Positions 11,082 to 19,279 of a stretch of DNA of 62,970 nt are shown piece by piece. The notes beneath the pieces are model-generated. The model saw only the letters and a program-made list of their open reading frames with translations, was not told the DNA's origin and did not search any database. Source of the stretch: Candidatus Alloclostridium intestinigallinarum (GTDB lineage: Bacteria > Bacillota > Clostridia > Christensenellales > UBA3700). The number at the start of each line of letters is the position of its first letter. Position 1 is the first letter of the stretch. Where the stretch lies: the NCBI GenBank assembly GCA_904393845.1, contig CAJFNB010000004.1, positions 1 to 62,970 on the forward strand. Reading direction: 5' to 3'. Position numbers and translations under genes: made by a program.

Positions 11082-12254
11082 ATGACGGCGCTGTTAATCA
11101 AACTTTTTGTACGCGACTATAAAAACACCGGGTCGGAGAAGGTACGTCTGGCATACGGCAATCTTTCTTCGTGGGTGTGCATGGCGGTAAACCTGCTCCT
11201 TGCGGCGGCAAAGATAACCGCGGGCGCGCTTTCCGGCGCCATTTCCGTGCTTGCCGACGGTCTTAACAACCTTTCGGATTGCGGCAGCGGCGCGGTTTCC
11301 TACGTCGGATTCCGTGTGGCGGCAAAGCCCGCCGACAAAAAGCACCCCTTCGGGCACCAGCGCTCGGAATATCTCGCCGCGCTTATCGTCGCCATGATAA
11401 TATTCGTGCTTGCCGCGGAACTTATGATAGAATCCATATCCCAGCTGATAACTCCCGGCGAAAATTCCGTATGGAGCGTGCTCAGCGTAGTCGTGCTTTC
11501 CGTGTCCATAGCCGTGAAATTCTGGCTGTTTTTATTCAACAGGAGCGTGGCAAAGCGCGTGAATTCCGAAGTCATCAAAGCCACCGCGCTTGACAGTCTT
11601 ACCGACTGCCTTGCAACGCTCGCCGCGCTTATTGCGGTGATAGTTTCGCGCTTTGCCGGCGTGAACATAGACGGATATATGGGTATTTTCGTCGCGCTCT
11701 TCATCGCCTTTGCCGGGGTGGGTATCTTCCGCGACACAATCGGAAAACTGCTCGGAGAAGCGCCCGACCCGGAGATAGTGCAGAAAATACGCAACAGAAT
11801 TTTCATGCACGGCGGAGTGCACGGCATACACGACCTGATGGTGCACAGTTACGGACACAAGTATTATGCGACCGTGCACGTGGAAGTGGATTCCAAAATG
11901 CCTATGATGGAAGGACATGACCTTGCGGACACCATCGAGCGCGACTTTGCGTGCAACACGGATATAGTGCTGGTGGTGCACCTCGATCCCGTAGTGCTGG
12001 ATAATCCCAAGTGCAACGCCTGCCGCGTGCTGGTGGAAGAGATAGTGAAGGAGATAGACCCGTCGTTCAGCGTGCACGACTTCCGCATGGTGGACGGCAT
12101 TTCGCACACCAACCTGATATTCGACGTGGCGATTCCTTTCGAGTGCAAACTTTCGCCGCAGGAAGTGAAAGACGAGATTTCGCGCCGTGTGCGGGAAAGG
12201 GATAAAAAACTTTTCGCCGTGCCGACGGTTGAACCTTCGATAAGCGCCGAATAG
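11082..12254 (+). CDS. Cation diffusion facilitator (CDF) family metal efflux transporter.
   Basis: It has six TM helices plus a cytoplasmic domain. CDF motifs are present: ADGLNNLSD and HPFGHQRSEYL. Confidence 0.85.
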   Translation: MTALLIKLFVRDYKNTGSEKVRLAYGNLSSWVCMAVNLLLAAAKITAGALSGAISVLADGLNNLSDCGSGAVSYVGFRVAAKPADKKHPFGHQRSEYLAALIVAMIIFVLAAELMIESISQLITPGENSVWSVLSVVVLSVSIAVKFWLFLFNRSVAKRVNSEVIKATALDSLTDCLATLAALIAVIVSRFAGVNIDGYMGIFVALFIAFAGVGIFRDTIGKLLGEAPDPEIVQKIRNRIFMHGGVHGIHDLMVHSYGHKYYATVHVEVDSKMPMMEGHDLADTIERDFACNTDIVLVVHLDPVVLDNPKCNACRVLVEEIVKEIDPSFSVHDFRMVDGISHTNLIFDVAIPFECKLSPQEVKDEISRRVRERDKKLFAVPTVEPSISAE

Positions 12255-12287
12255 ACGCTCCGCCCGAGCGAAAAACAAAAAAGAAAC

Positions 12288-12326
12288 GGCGGATACGGTA
12301 TTGTGCCGTATCCGCCTGTTCTTTTT
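12288..12326 (+). terminator. Rho-independent terminator of the CDF gene.
   Basis: An 11-bp stem GGCGGATACGG/CCGTATCCGCC is followed by TGTTCTTTTT. Confidence 0.8.
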
Positions 12327-12375
12327 CCGCTTGTTCCGAAAAGTAACGCCATCCGGCGGCGCGTGACGTGTTCCC

Positions 12376-12393
12376 TGTCCACTTAAGTGGACA
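12376..12393. promoter_or_regulatory. Perfect 18-bp palindrome TGTCCACTTAAGTGGACA (operator-like).
   Basis: Read directly. A near-identical partner lies 115 bp away. Confidence 0.5.
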
Positions 12394-12490
12394 AACTGCT
12401 TTATCGTTTTGCCATTTATTCAAAGTTGATAGGTGACCTATACCAAAAATATTAGTATCGACACATTCCGATATTTTTATATTGGCGAAT

Positions 12491-12508
12491 TGTCCACTTT
12501 AGTGGACA
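12491..12508. promoter_or_regulatory. 18-bp palindrome TGTCCACTTTAGTGGACA (operator-like); partner of 12376-12393.
   Basis: Read directly. It abuts the first 181-bp tandem unit. Confidence 0.5.
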
Positions 12509-12605
12509 CTTCATTTATGAAGCTGCGAAAACAAGCCGATACCAAGATTTTTGGTAAAAGATTGTATTTTATCCGCAGGGAATAAATAAAACCAAAGCCT
12601 TGCGG

Positions 12606-12646
12606 AGAAAAAAGCCCTGAAGTTTCGTATTGATACTTCAAGGCTT
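12606..12646 (-). terminator. Terminator-like hairpin plus T-run supplied by the family-A module (tandem unit 1).
   Basis: On the minus strand AAGCCTTGAAGT-loop-ACTTCAGGGCTT is followed by TTTTTTCTCC. Confidence 0.5.
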
Positions 12647-12785
12647 AATCATGGGTGGAGCGCCACGCGCTCCCGGTTCAAAGAAGACGCTTCATTTATG
12701 AAACTGCGAAAACAAGCCGATACCAAGATTTTTGGTAAACGATAGTAATTTATCCGCAGGGAATAAATAAAGCCAAAGCATTGCG

Positions 12786-12826
12786 GAGAAAAAGCCTTGA
12801 AGTTTCGTATTGATACTTCAAGGCTT
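12786..12826 (-). terminator. Probable terminator of the NCS2 permease gene, supplied by the family-A module (tandem unit 2).
   Basis: On the minus strand a 12-bp stem AAGCCTTGAAGT/ACTTCAAGGCTT is followed by TTTTTCTCC. It lies ~55 nt past the permease stop. Confidence 0.6.
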
Positions 12827-12881
12827 AATCATGGGTGGAGCGCCACGCGCTCCCGTCACGCGCTCCCGGCGCTTCGGGTGA

Positions 12882-14507
12882 TCAGGACAACAGGAAGGTT
12901 GCCAGGAAGACGATACCTATAATCCAGGTGGGTATGGAAATCTTCTTTATCTTGCCCGTGCATATCTGTATTACTATATAGGTGATAATGCCCATGCCTA
13001 TGCCCTTGGATATGGAGTAGCCGAGGAGCATGGTGATAAACGTCATAAACGCGACGATTGCTTCCGAGGCGTCGTTCCAATCCACCTTGGTGACGGAACT
13101 CATCATAAGCACGCCTACCCAGATAAGTGCGGTTGCCGTCGCGCTTCTGGGAATGAGCTGGGCGATAGGGCTGAGGAACATGGCGACGATAAAGCACACG
13201 CCCGTGATGAAAGAGGTAAAGCCCGTTCTGCCGCCTGCCACAACGCCCGAGGAAGATTCCACGAAGGTGGTGACGGTGGAAGTACCGGCAATCGCGCCCG
13301 TGCAGGTTGCGATTGCGTCGGAAAGCATCATCTTTTCCATGCGGATAGGGGTGCCGTCCTTGTCCAGCAGATTACCCTTGGAGCAGGCGCCGTAAAGGGT
13401 GCCTATGGTGTCGAACATGTCTATCATGCACAGCGAAAGTGCGGAAGTTATCAGCACAACCGCCAGCGAACCGGCGTTATTGGTGCCGGTGGAGAGATAC
13501 TGGTCGAAGTTGAAGCCTTCGTAGAACACTACGCCCACGGAATCCTTGCCCCAGGCTTCGAACGCGCTGAGCGGATTGGACATGGAGACGTTGTTGAACA
13601 TGTCTATTGCGCCCTGGCTGCCCGCGCCCACGGCGATACCCGCGAATACGTAATAGAGTACGGCGGAACCGAGCAAGCCCCACAAAATGGCTCCTTTTAC
13701 GTTCTTCTTGGACAAGACGGCTATTATCACCACGCCGATAAGCGCGACTATCGCCGGCAGAATTCCGCCCACTGTGCCCGCGCTGTACGTGACGAATTCG
13801 GGATTATTCAGAAGGTTGAAGGATATGAACGTGGTAAGAGTGGTTTCTTCATTGACTATCACGCCCGCCTGTTGCAGTCCGATGAACGCGATAAACAGAC
13901 CTATACCTACGGGAATTGCGTGTCTTACGCCTGCGGGAATGGCTTCGAAAATCTTGCGCCTCAGTCCCGTAAGGGTGAGAATGAGGAAGATGACGCCGTC
14001 AATCAGAACGAATACCATGCTGTTTGCATAGGTAAGTCCCGTGCCGTTCAGCAGGGTGAACACGATAAACGCGTTGATGCCCATGCCGGAAGCCTGCGCC
14101 AGAGGCATTCTTGCAAGGAAAGCCATGAGGAAAGTACCCACGATTGCGCCCACCGACGTGGCGATATACGCCGCACCGTACGGATTTTCGCCGCCTATGA
14201 CGTTTTCGAACATACCCGCATTTACCATGAGGATATATACCATCGCCATAAACGTGGTGATACCCGCCACTATTTCCGTTTTGTAGTTGGAACCGCTTTT
14301 CGTGATACCGAACCAGTTGTCCACCTTGCCCCAAAAGCCCTTTTTGGGCTGGGGAGCAACGGCTTCCGCGGCAGCTCCGTCTTCGGCGGTAACAACTCCT
14401 TCCGCCTGCTTGTCCGACTGTTCGCCGGCGGCTTCCAAGGGAAGTTCGTCCGCGGCTGAAAGCGGAACCGCTTCTTCGCCTTGTACTTTCTTTTCTTCTT
14501 CTGACAT
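12882..14507 (-). CDS. NCS2/AzgA-type nucleobase (adenine/guanine/hypoxanthine) permease with an acidic N-terminal extension.
   Basis: ORF 12882..14675 was trimmed to MSEEEKK, which has GAGGAGG upstream. It is a multi-TM permease that resembles the PbuG/AzgA family along its whole length. Confidence 0.85.
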   Translation of the reverse strand: MSEEEKKVQGEEAVPLSAADELPLEAAGEQSDKQAEGVVTAEDGAAAEAVAPQPKKGFWGKVDNWFGITKSGSNYKTEIVAGITTFMAMVYILMVNAGMFENVIGGENPYGAAYIATSVGAIVGTFLMAFLARMPLAQASGMGINAFIVFTLLNGTGLTYANSMVFVLIDGVIFLILTLTGLRRKIFEAIPAGVRHAIPVGIGLFIAFIGLQQAGVIVNEETTLTTFISFNLLNNPEFVTYSAGTVGGILPAIVALIGVVIIAVLSKKNVKGAILWGLLGSAVLYYVFAGIAVGAGSQGAIDMFNNVSMSNPLSAFEAWGKDSVGVVFYEGFNFDQYLSTGTNNAGSLAVVLITSALSLCMIDMFDTIGTLYGACSKGNLLDKDGTPIRMEKMMLSDAIATCTGAIAGTSTVTTFVESSSGVVAGGRTGFTSFITGVCFIVAMFLSPIAQLIPRSATATALIWVGVLMMSSVTKVDWNDASEAIVAFMTFITMLLGYSISKGIGMGIITYIVIQICTGKIKKISIPTWIIGIVFLATFLLS

Positions 14508-14544
14508 GTGCCTACCTCCTCGTACCGTGAGTTTTTTATTCAAG

Positions 14545-14779
14545 TACCCGTAGTGGGCCTCAGAAGAACACATTTTACGGTCAAGCATAAAATATGTGTA
14601 CTGTCGGGTTGTAAAATGCCTTGCTTTAAGCGGGAGCGTGTGACGCTCCACCCATGATAATCTGCGAAGTAACAAGGCTATAACGCCGAATTGCTTTCTT
14701 CGCAGAGTAATCAGCCTGCGGCGGCTCGCCGCCCGAAAGCAGTACGATTAAAGTGTTCTGCTGGGGTTGGGTACGGGTA
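14545..14779. repeat. Family-B inverted-repeat element, copy 2, with a family-A module inserted in its apical loop.
   Basis: The 27-nt arms TACCCGTAGTGGGCCTCAGAAGAACAC / GTGTTCTGCTGGGGTTGGGTACGGGTA match copy 21794-21940. The interior is collinear with that copy except for the loop at 14629-14734. Confidence 0.85.
14633..14733 (-). repeat. Family-A module (minus orientation) nested inside family-B copy 2.
   Basis: The reverse complement reads GC mini-hairpin, CTGCGAAG..CTTCGCAG stem, ATTATCATGGGT, then GGAGCGTCACACGCTCC. Confidence 0.8.
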
Positions 14780-14786
14780 CACATAC

Positions 14787-14815
14787 ATAATACCATATCC
14801 GTGATTGTATTTCAA
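14787..14815 (-). promoter_or_regulatory. Promoter TTGAAA-17-TATTAT with a TGg extension (minus strand) for the permease.
   Basis: Read on the reverse complement. The predicted start falls at the edge of the family-B element (~14780). Confidence 0.55.
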
Positions 14816-14930
14816 CAGCCGTCGTAAAGTTTTTTATACAATACCATATAGTTTACTATATACGGGCGCGCGTATAAGGGTTGTTTGACGGTGCGTTTCG
14901 GGTGGATTAAGAAAAGGGCTTGCGCACCCG

Positions 14931-14959
14931 TTGCCGTGTGCGGAAAACGGTGCTATAAT
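14931..14959 (+). promoter_or_regulatory. Promoter TTGCCG-17-TATAAT with a TGc extension.
   Basis: Read directly. It lies 16 nt upstream of the ATG at 14976, with GAGGAGG in between. Confidence 0.6.
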
Positions 14960-14975
14960 GGTTGAGGAGGTAGTT

Positions 14976-16004
14976 ATGCTGACATATTCTTATCTGTCCC
15001 CCGGCAAGGCGGGGTTTTGCGAAAAGGAAAAGCCGGAGATAATTCAAAGCGGCGACGCCGTCGTGCGCGTCACGCTTTCGAGCATATGCACGAGCGATCT
15101 TCACATTATCCACGGCAGCGTGCCGCGCGCAATAGTGGGCGTAACGCTGGGGCACGAGGCGGTCGGCGTGGTGGAGCAGATTGGCGGCGGCGTGAAGGAT
15201 GTGGCGGTCGGCGACAGGGTCGCGGTGAACGTGGAGACTTTTTGCGGCGAATGTTTCTTCTGCAGACACGGCTGGGTGAACAACTGCACGGACAGGGACG
15301 GCGGTTGGGCGCTGGGTTGCAGGATAGACGGAATGCAGGCGCCGTTTGTGCGCGTGCCGCACGCGGATACGGGTCTTACAAAAATTCCCGCCGGCGTGAC
15401 CGACAGACAGGCTCTCTTTGTCGGCGACATTCTCGCCACGGGCTACTGGGCGGCGGACATATCGGAAATAGGGGGCGGCGACAACGTGCTTGTTCTGGGC
15501 GGAGGACCTACGGGCGTGTGCTGTGCGCTCTGCGCGGATATTATGGGCGCAAATGTGGTTTTATGCGAAAAAAATGAGGGCAGGGGCGAATTTTTACGCA
15601 AAAACTTCCCCTCCCTCAAAGTGGTTTCTCCGGAAGAGGCGGAGAAAATCTGCGCGGCTTTTCCGCACGGCGGCGCGGACAGGGTGATAGAAGCCGCCGG
15701 CGGAGAAGATACGTTCCAAACGGCGTGGAAGCTGGCGCGTCCCAATGCGATAGTGACCGTCGTGGCTATGTACGACAAGCCCCAGACTCTGCCTCTGCCC
15801 GATATGTACGGCAAGAACCTCACTTTCAAAACGGGCGGCGTGGACGGCAATAAGTGCGGTGAAATTCTTTCGCTTATTGCGCAGGGAAAGTTGGATACCG
15901 CTCCGCTCATCACGCACACGTTTTCCTTTGACGAGCTTGACAAGGCGTATAAGCTGTTTTCCTCTCGTGCGGACGGCGTTATGAAGGTGGCGGTAACGTA
16001 CTGA
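14976..16004 (+). CDS. Zinc-dependent medium-chain alcohol/polyol dehydrogenase.
   Basis: It has GHEAVGVVEQIG and the structural-Zn cysteines CGECFFCRHGWVNNC. The start was trimmed to the ATG with an RBS. Confidence 0.8.
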   Translation: MLTYSYLSPGKAGFCEKEKPEIIQSGDAVVRVTLSSICTSDLHIIHGSVPRAIVGVTLGHEAVGVVEQIGGGVKDVAVGDRVAVNVETFCGECFFCRHGWVNNCTDRDGGWALGCRIDGMQAPFVRVPHADTGLTKIPAGVTDRQALFVGDILATGYWAADISEIGGGDNVLVLGGGPTGVCCALCADIMGANVVLCEKNEGRGEFLRKNFPSLKVVSPEEAEKICAAFPHGGADRVIEAAGGEDTFQTAWKLARPNAIVTVVAMYDKPQTLPLPDMYGKNLTFKTGGVDGNKCGEILSLIAQGKLDTAPLITHTFSFDELDKAYKLFSSRADGVMKVAVTY

Positions 16005-16064
16005 CAGTTAGTCCGGTGAAAGCGCGGGAAATACGCCGCGCCGTTTAATCATAGGCACATAAGC

Positions 16065-16100
16065 TAAAAAATAAGACCCGAAGATTATCGGGTCTTATTG
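16065..16100. terminator. Bidirectional terminator between convergent genes.
   Basis: A 12-bp stem AATAAGACCCGA/TCGGGTCTTATT is flanked by an A-run and T-rich sequence. Confidence 0.7.
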
Positions 16101-16118
16101 ATATTTCCGTTTTGTCTT

Positions 16119-19100
16119 TTATATTTCGAAGTACAGCGTCTTGATTTCAAACGGCTTGAAGGTAAGTTTGCCGGAGTCGACCTTATCTTTTCTGTTTTCC
16201 AGCATATCGCATTCGTACGCCGCCTTCGTGCCTTTTACGCTTACGCTTGCGCCTGTTTCCTTTCCTTTATATTCGTACAGGCGCACGACAATGCCGCCTT
16301 CGTCCTCTGCAACTTTGACCGTTTCGACGATAACGCCGTCCCCTTCGCAGTTTACGGAAGAAGTCATCTCGAAGTCCGCTTTGCGCAGCATTACCACGTT
16401 GTTGTAGCAGTATGCGCGAGCCTTTACGTCGCTTTCTTCGAACTTTTCCTTGTGGGGATACAGCGCGTAGCTTATGTGGTGCGAGCCGCGGTCGCATTCG
16501 GGGTCGGGGAAGCGGGGAGCGCGCAGAAGGGCGAGCGAAAGCATGCCTTCCTTGACCTTGTGGCCGTACTTGCAGCGGTTGAACAGGGCGAGCGAGTAGT
16601 CGTCGCCGTCCAGATTGACGAATTTGTGCGCGCATACTTCAAACTGCGCCTGTTCGATGGAAGTATCGTTTTTGGTGGAACGGTCTATCTGTCCGAACTG
16701 TATGTCGCACTTTACCTTGTCCGCAAATACGGAAGGCAGGAAGTCGGCGCGCAGCATCTTCAACTCTTCGTGCCAGTCGGCGTCCATATCGAACTGTACC
16801 AGCGTGTCGCCGAGAGTGAGCGCGATAGTCTGTTCGAACTGCGAATCCATATAGCGGTAGCGGTTGCGCCTTACTACGCGCACGCCGTCTATATAGTTAT
16901 CGGTGCCTTCGAGTTTGAGAGAGTGCTTTTTCAGTTTGTCGTAGTCCATGCGGATATCCCATGCGTTGTAGTACATGAAGGGATCTTCGTATACGGTCAG
17001 CTTGTTCAGATACTGTCCTTCCGCCACGAGTTCCTTGTTGTTCTTCACGTCCACGAGGGAAATTATCTCGCCGTTCTTGCCGAAAGTTACGGTGATAAGT
17101 CCGTTGGATATGCTGTTTTCGCCGAAGGTGAGGGAAGATACGTCCGCGTTCTCCACGGGTACGACCTTGCCCGCGCCCATGGGGGCGAGATCCACGGTGT
17201 ACCACTTGTCTTCCACGCGGATATATTCCTTACGCGCAAAGTCCACGGGGTTGATTGCGGTATATTCTTCACTTTCGCCCTTTGACATATCGTCTATCAG
17301 CTTTGCAGCCACTGCCTGGACCTGCTTGTAAAGCTCTTTATAGCGCTCCTTGCTTTCGTCGTAAACGCGCTTTATGGAAGAGCCGGGCAGAATGTCGTGG
17401 AACTGGTAAAGCAGTACTTCCTTCCATATCTTTTCCACAAGTTCGCGGTCGTAGCTTATGCCGCGCAGTTTACCCTCCGCGCCCAGCAGTTCCACCAGGT
17501 GGAGCATATTTTCCATACGCCTGTTCCACAGCTTGTTTGCCGCCTGGGAGGTGTAAGTGCCCTGGTGGCGTTCGTAATAAAGCTCTCCGTCGTATTCGGG
17601 AATAACGTCGTTGTACTGTTCCAGATCCTCGAAGAAATCTATCGCCGAGGAAAATTTTACGGGGACGAGTCCGTTTATGCCCTTTTCCATGCGCGAAACG
17701 TATTCCAGATGTCCTTCGCCGGGACCGCCGCCGCCGTCGCCGTCGCCGTAGAGGAGCAGGCATTGGGGAACGGTTTCCTTTTCCTTGTTTCTCTTGTTGG
17801 ATTTGAATATGGCAAGAGGGGAAGCGCCCGAATTGTAGTCGCCCGCGGGCTCCATATGCGCGAGCACTTCGCTTCCGTCCAGACCCTTCCACTTAAAGGT
17901 GGAGTGGGGGAATTCGTTCACCGTGTTGGACATTATCTTTATCGTCATAAAGTAGTCCATGCCGCAGCCCTTGATTACCTGGGGCAGGGTGGCGGGGAAT
18001 CCGAAGCAGTCGGGCAGCCAGCACATTTTCATATCCTTGCCGAATTCTTCCTTGAAATAGCGCTTGCCGTAGAGGAACTGTCTTATCCAGCTTTCGCCCT
18101 GGGGAAGATTGCAGTCGCTTTCCACCCACATTCCGCCCTGCAGTTCGATCCTGCCGGCTTCCACCTGCTTTTTAACCTCTTCGAAAAGCTGCGGATAGTC
18201 CTCTTTCAGCCACACGAACATCTGCGGCTGGGACTGGGCGAATATATATTTGTCGTAACGCTTTATATTGCGCAGCTGGTTGGCGAAAGTCCTGCCCACC
18301 TTGCGGCGCGTTTCGCGTATCGGCCACAGCCACGCAAGGTCGATATGCGCGTGGCCCACGGCGTAATGCGTTACCGCGGGATAGTCGATGGGCGCGAACA
18401 GGACGGGGGCGAGAACTTCGCGCGCTTTGGCGGCGCCGCCTTCTTTATAAGCCGCCCATGCCGCCTTCATGCCTTCGTCCAAAGCCTTGGCGCGTGCGGT
18501 GTATTTTTCCGCTTTTTCCGGCTTTCTTTCCTTCAGCTCTTCCGCGTCGCCCAACAGTTTGCACATGAGGAAATACGCTTCTATATAGTCGTAATAATAT
18601 CCGTTGGCTTCATCGTCCACGGTGGCTATATCGTATCTGCGCAAATGCGCCGCCATATTCTCAAAGCGCAGTTTGCCGTTAAAGCCCGCGTCCACGTAGA
18701 GTTCTATCTGTTCGCCGCCTTCGGCGCATTCGGCAATATCCACTATCTGCTTGCCTATGGAGGAGTGGAACAAGTCGCCCTTGCTCAGCACCTGGGTTAT
18801 GCCCTGGAGAACTTTGCCGTCCTTGTCGTAGACAAGTCCTTCGCCCTGCAGTTTTATGCGCGCGACGACCTTTTTGCCTTTGGCTTCTTCGGGGACGACG
18901 CCCGTAAAGCGGAACCATGCGCAGCCGAATTTGTCCGCCCACTTCTGCATAAAGCGCATATTCCTGAACTTGCTCTTGTCAAGGTCCTCCCACCTGACGG
19001 GTTCGTCGGAAAGTATGCCCTGGGGTTTCAGCGAGCCTATCTTCTTGTAGATTTTCCCTTTCAAAGTCATCAGATTGATGGCGTGGGAGCCGTTTGCCAA

Positions 19101-19133
19101 AGCCTTGTTCACGAAATTTTTGTCTTTACCCAT
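16119..19133 (-). CDS. GH38 alpha-mannosidase.
   Basis: It is 1004 aa with the GH38 N-terminal signature GHAHIDLAWLWPIRETRRK. AAGGAG precedes the ATG. Confidence 0.9.
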   Translation of the reverse strand: MGKDKNFVNKALANGSHAINLMTLKGKIYKKIGSLKPQGILSDEPVRWEDLDKSKFRNMRFMQKWADKFGCAWFRFTGVVPEEAKGKKVVARIKLQGEGLVYDKDGKVLQGITQVLSKGDLFHSSIGKQIVDIAECAEGGEQIELYVDAGFNGKLRFENMAAHLRRYDIATVDDEANGYYYDYIEAYFLMCKLLGDAEELKERKPEKAEKYTARAKALDEGMKAAWAAYKEGGAAKAREVLAPVLFAPIDYPAVTHYAVGHAHIDLAWLWPIRETRRKVGRTFANQLRNIKRYDKYIFAQSQPQMFVWLKEDYPQLFEEVKKQVEAGRIELQGGMWVESDCNLPQGESWIRQFLYGKRYFKEEFGKDMKMCWLPDCFGFPATLPQVIKGCGMDYFMTIKIMSNTVNEFPHSTFKWKGLDGSEVLAHMEPAGDYNSGASPLAIFKSNKRNKEKETVPQCLLLYGDGDGGGGPGEGHLEYVSRMEKGINGLVPVKFSSAIDFFEDLEQYNDVIPEYDGELYYERHQGTYTSQAANKLWNRRMENMLHLVELLGAEGKLRGISYDRELVEKIWKEVLLYQFHDILPGSSIKRVYDESKERYKELYKQVQAVAAKLIDDMSKGESEEYTAINPVDFARKEYIRVEDKWYTVDLAPMGAGKVVPVENADVSSLTFGENSISNGLITVTFGKNGEIISLVDVKNNKELVAEGQYLNKLTVYEDPFMYYNAWDIRMDYDKLKKHSLKLEGTDNYIDGVRVVRRNRYRYMDSQFEQTIALTLGDTLVQFDMDADWHEELKMLRADFLPSVFADKVKCDIQFGQIDRSTKNDTSIEQAQFEVCAHKFVNLDGDDYSLALFNRCKYGHKVKEGMLSLALLRAPRFPDPECDRGSHHISYALYPHKEKFEESDVKARAYCYNNVVMLRKADFEMTSSVNCEGDGVIVETVKVAEDEGGIVVRLYEYKGKETGASVSVKGTKAAYECDMLENRKDKVDSGKLTFKPFEIKTLYFEI

Positions 19134-19279
19134 AATAACTCCTTGGCGCCGCGCGCCGCCCGGCGACGCAGCCGTTATAGTGTATCATATATAATTTATC
19201 ATAAATATTCCGCCGTGTAAACCAATGCGCGCAAAAAATTACGCGCACAGCCCCCTTACGGAATACATTTTATGAAAAT

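Larger units (their letters stand above)
12509..12870 (+). repeat. Tandem direct repeat of 2 x 181 bp. Each unit has a 5' part carrying a short ORF plus a family-A module.
   Basis: The units start at 12509 and 12690 and differ at only a handful of positions. The 3' arm CACGCGCTCCCG is duplicated at 12846-12869. Confidence 0.9.

Noticed and set aside
12566-12576. DnaA-box-like TTATCCGCA in each tandem unit, and a perfect TTATCCACA at 5938-5946.
   Set aside because: These are single boxes. One lies inside atpD coding sequence. There is no box cluster, no DNA-unwinding element context, and no dnaA/dnaN nearby.
12640-12676. T-box element (AATCATGGGTGGAGCGCCACGCG resembles AAnnnGGGTGGnACCGCG).
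   Set aside because: The resemblance is limited to GGGTGG and a CG-rich tail. The sequence forms its own closed hairpin and has no Stem I/specifier features. The copies are not upstream of aminoacyl-tRNA synthetase or amino-acid genes.
12509-12870. CRISPR array.
   Set aside because: There are only two directly abutting 181-bp units with no unique spacers. The unit length is far outside the CRISPR repeat range, and there are no cas genes.
14508-14815. Purine (guanine/adenine) riboswitch in the permease leader.
   Set aside because: Neither strand contains the conserved purine-riboswitch junction and loop sequences. The leader is explained by the family-B/family-A repeat elements, which also occur at unrelated loci.
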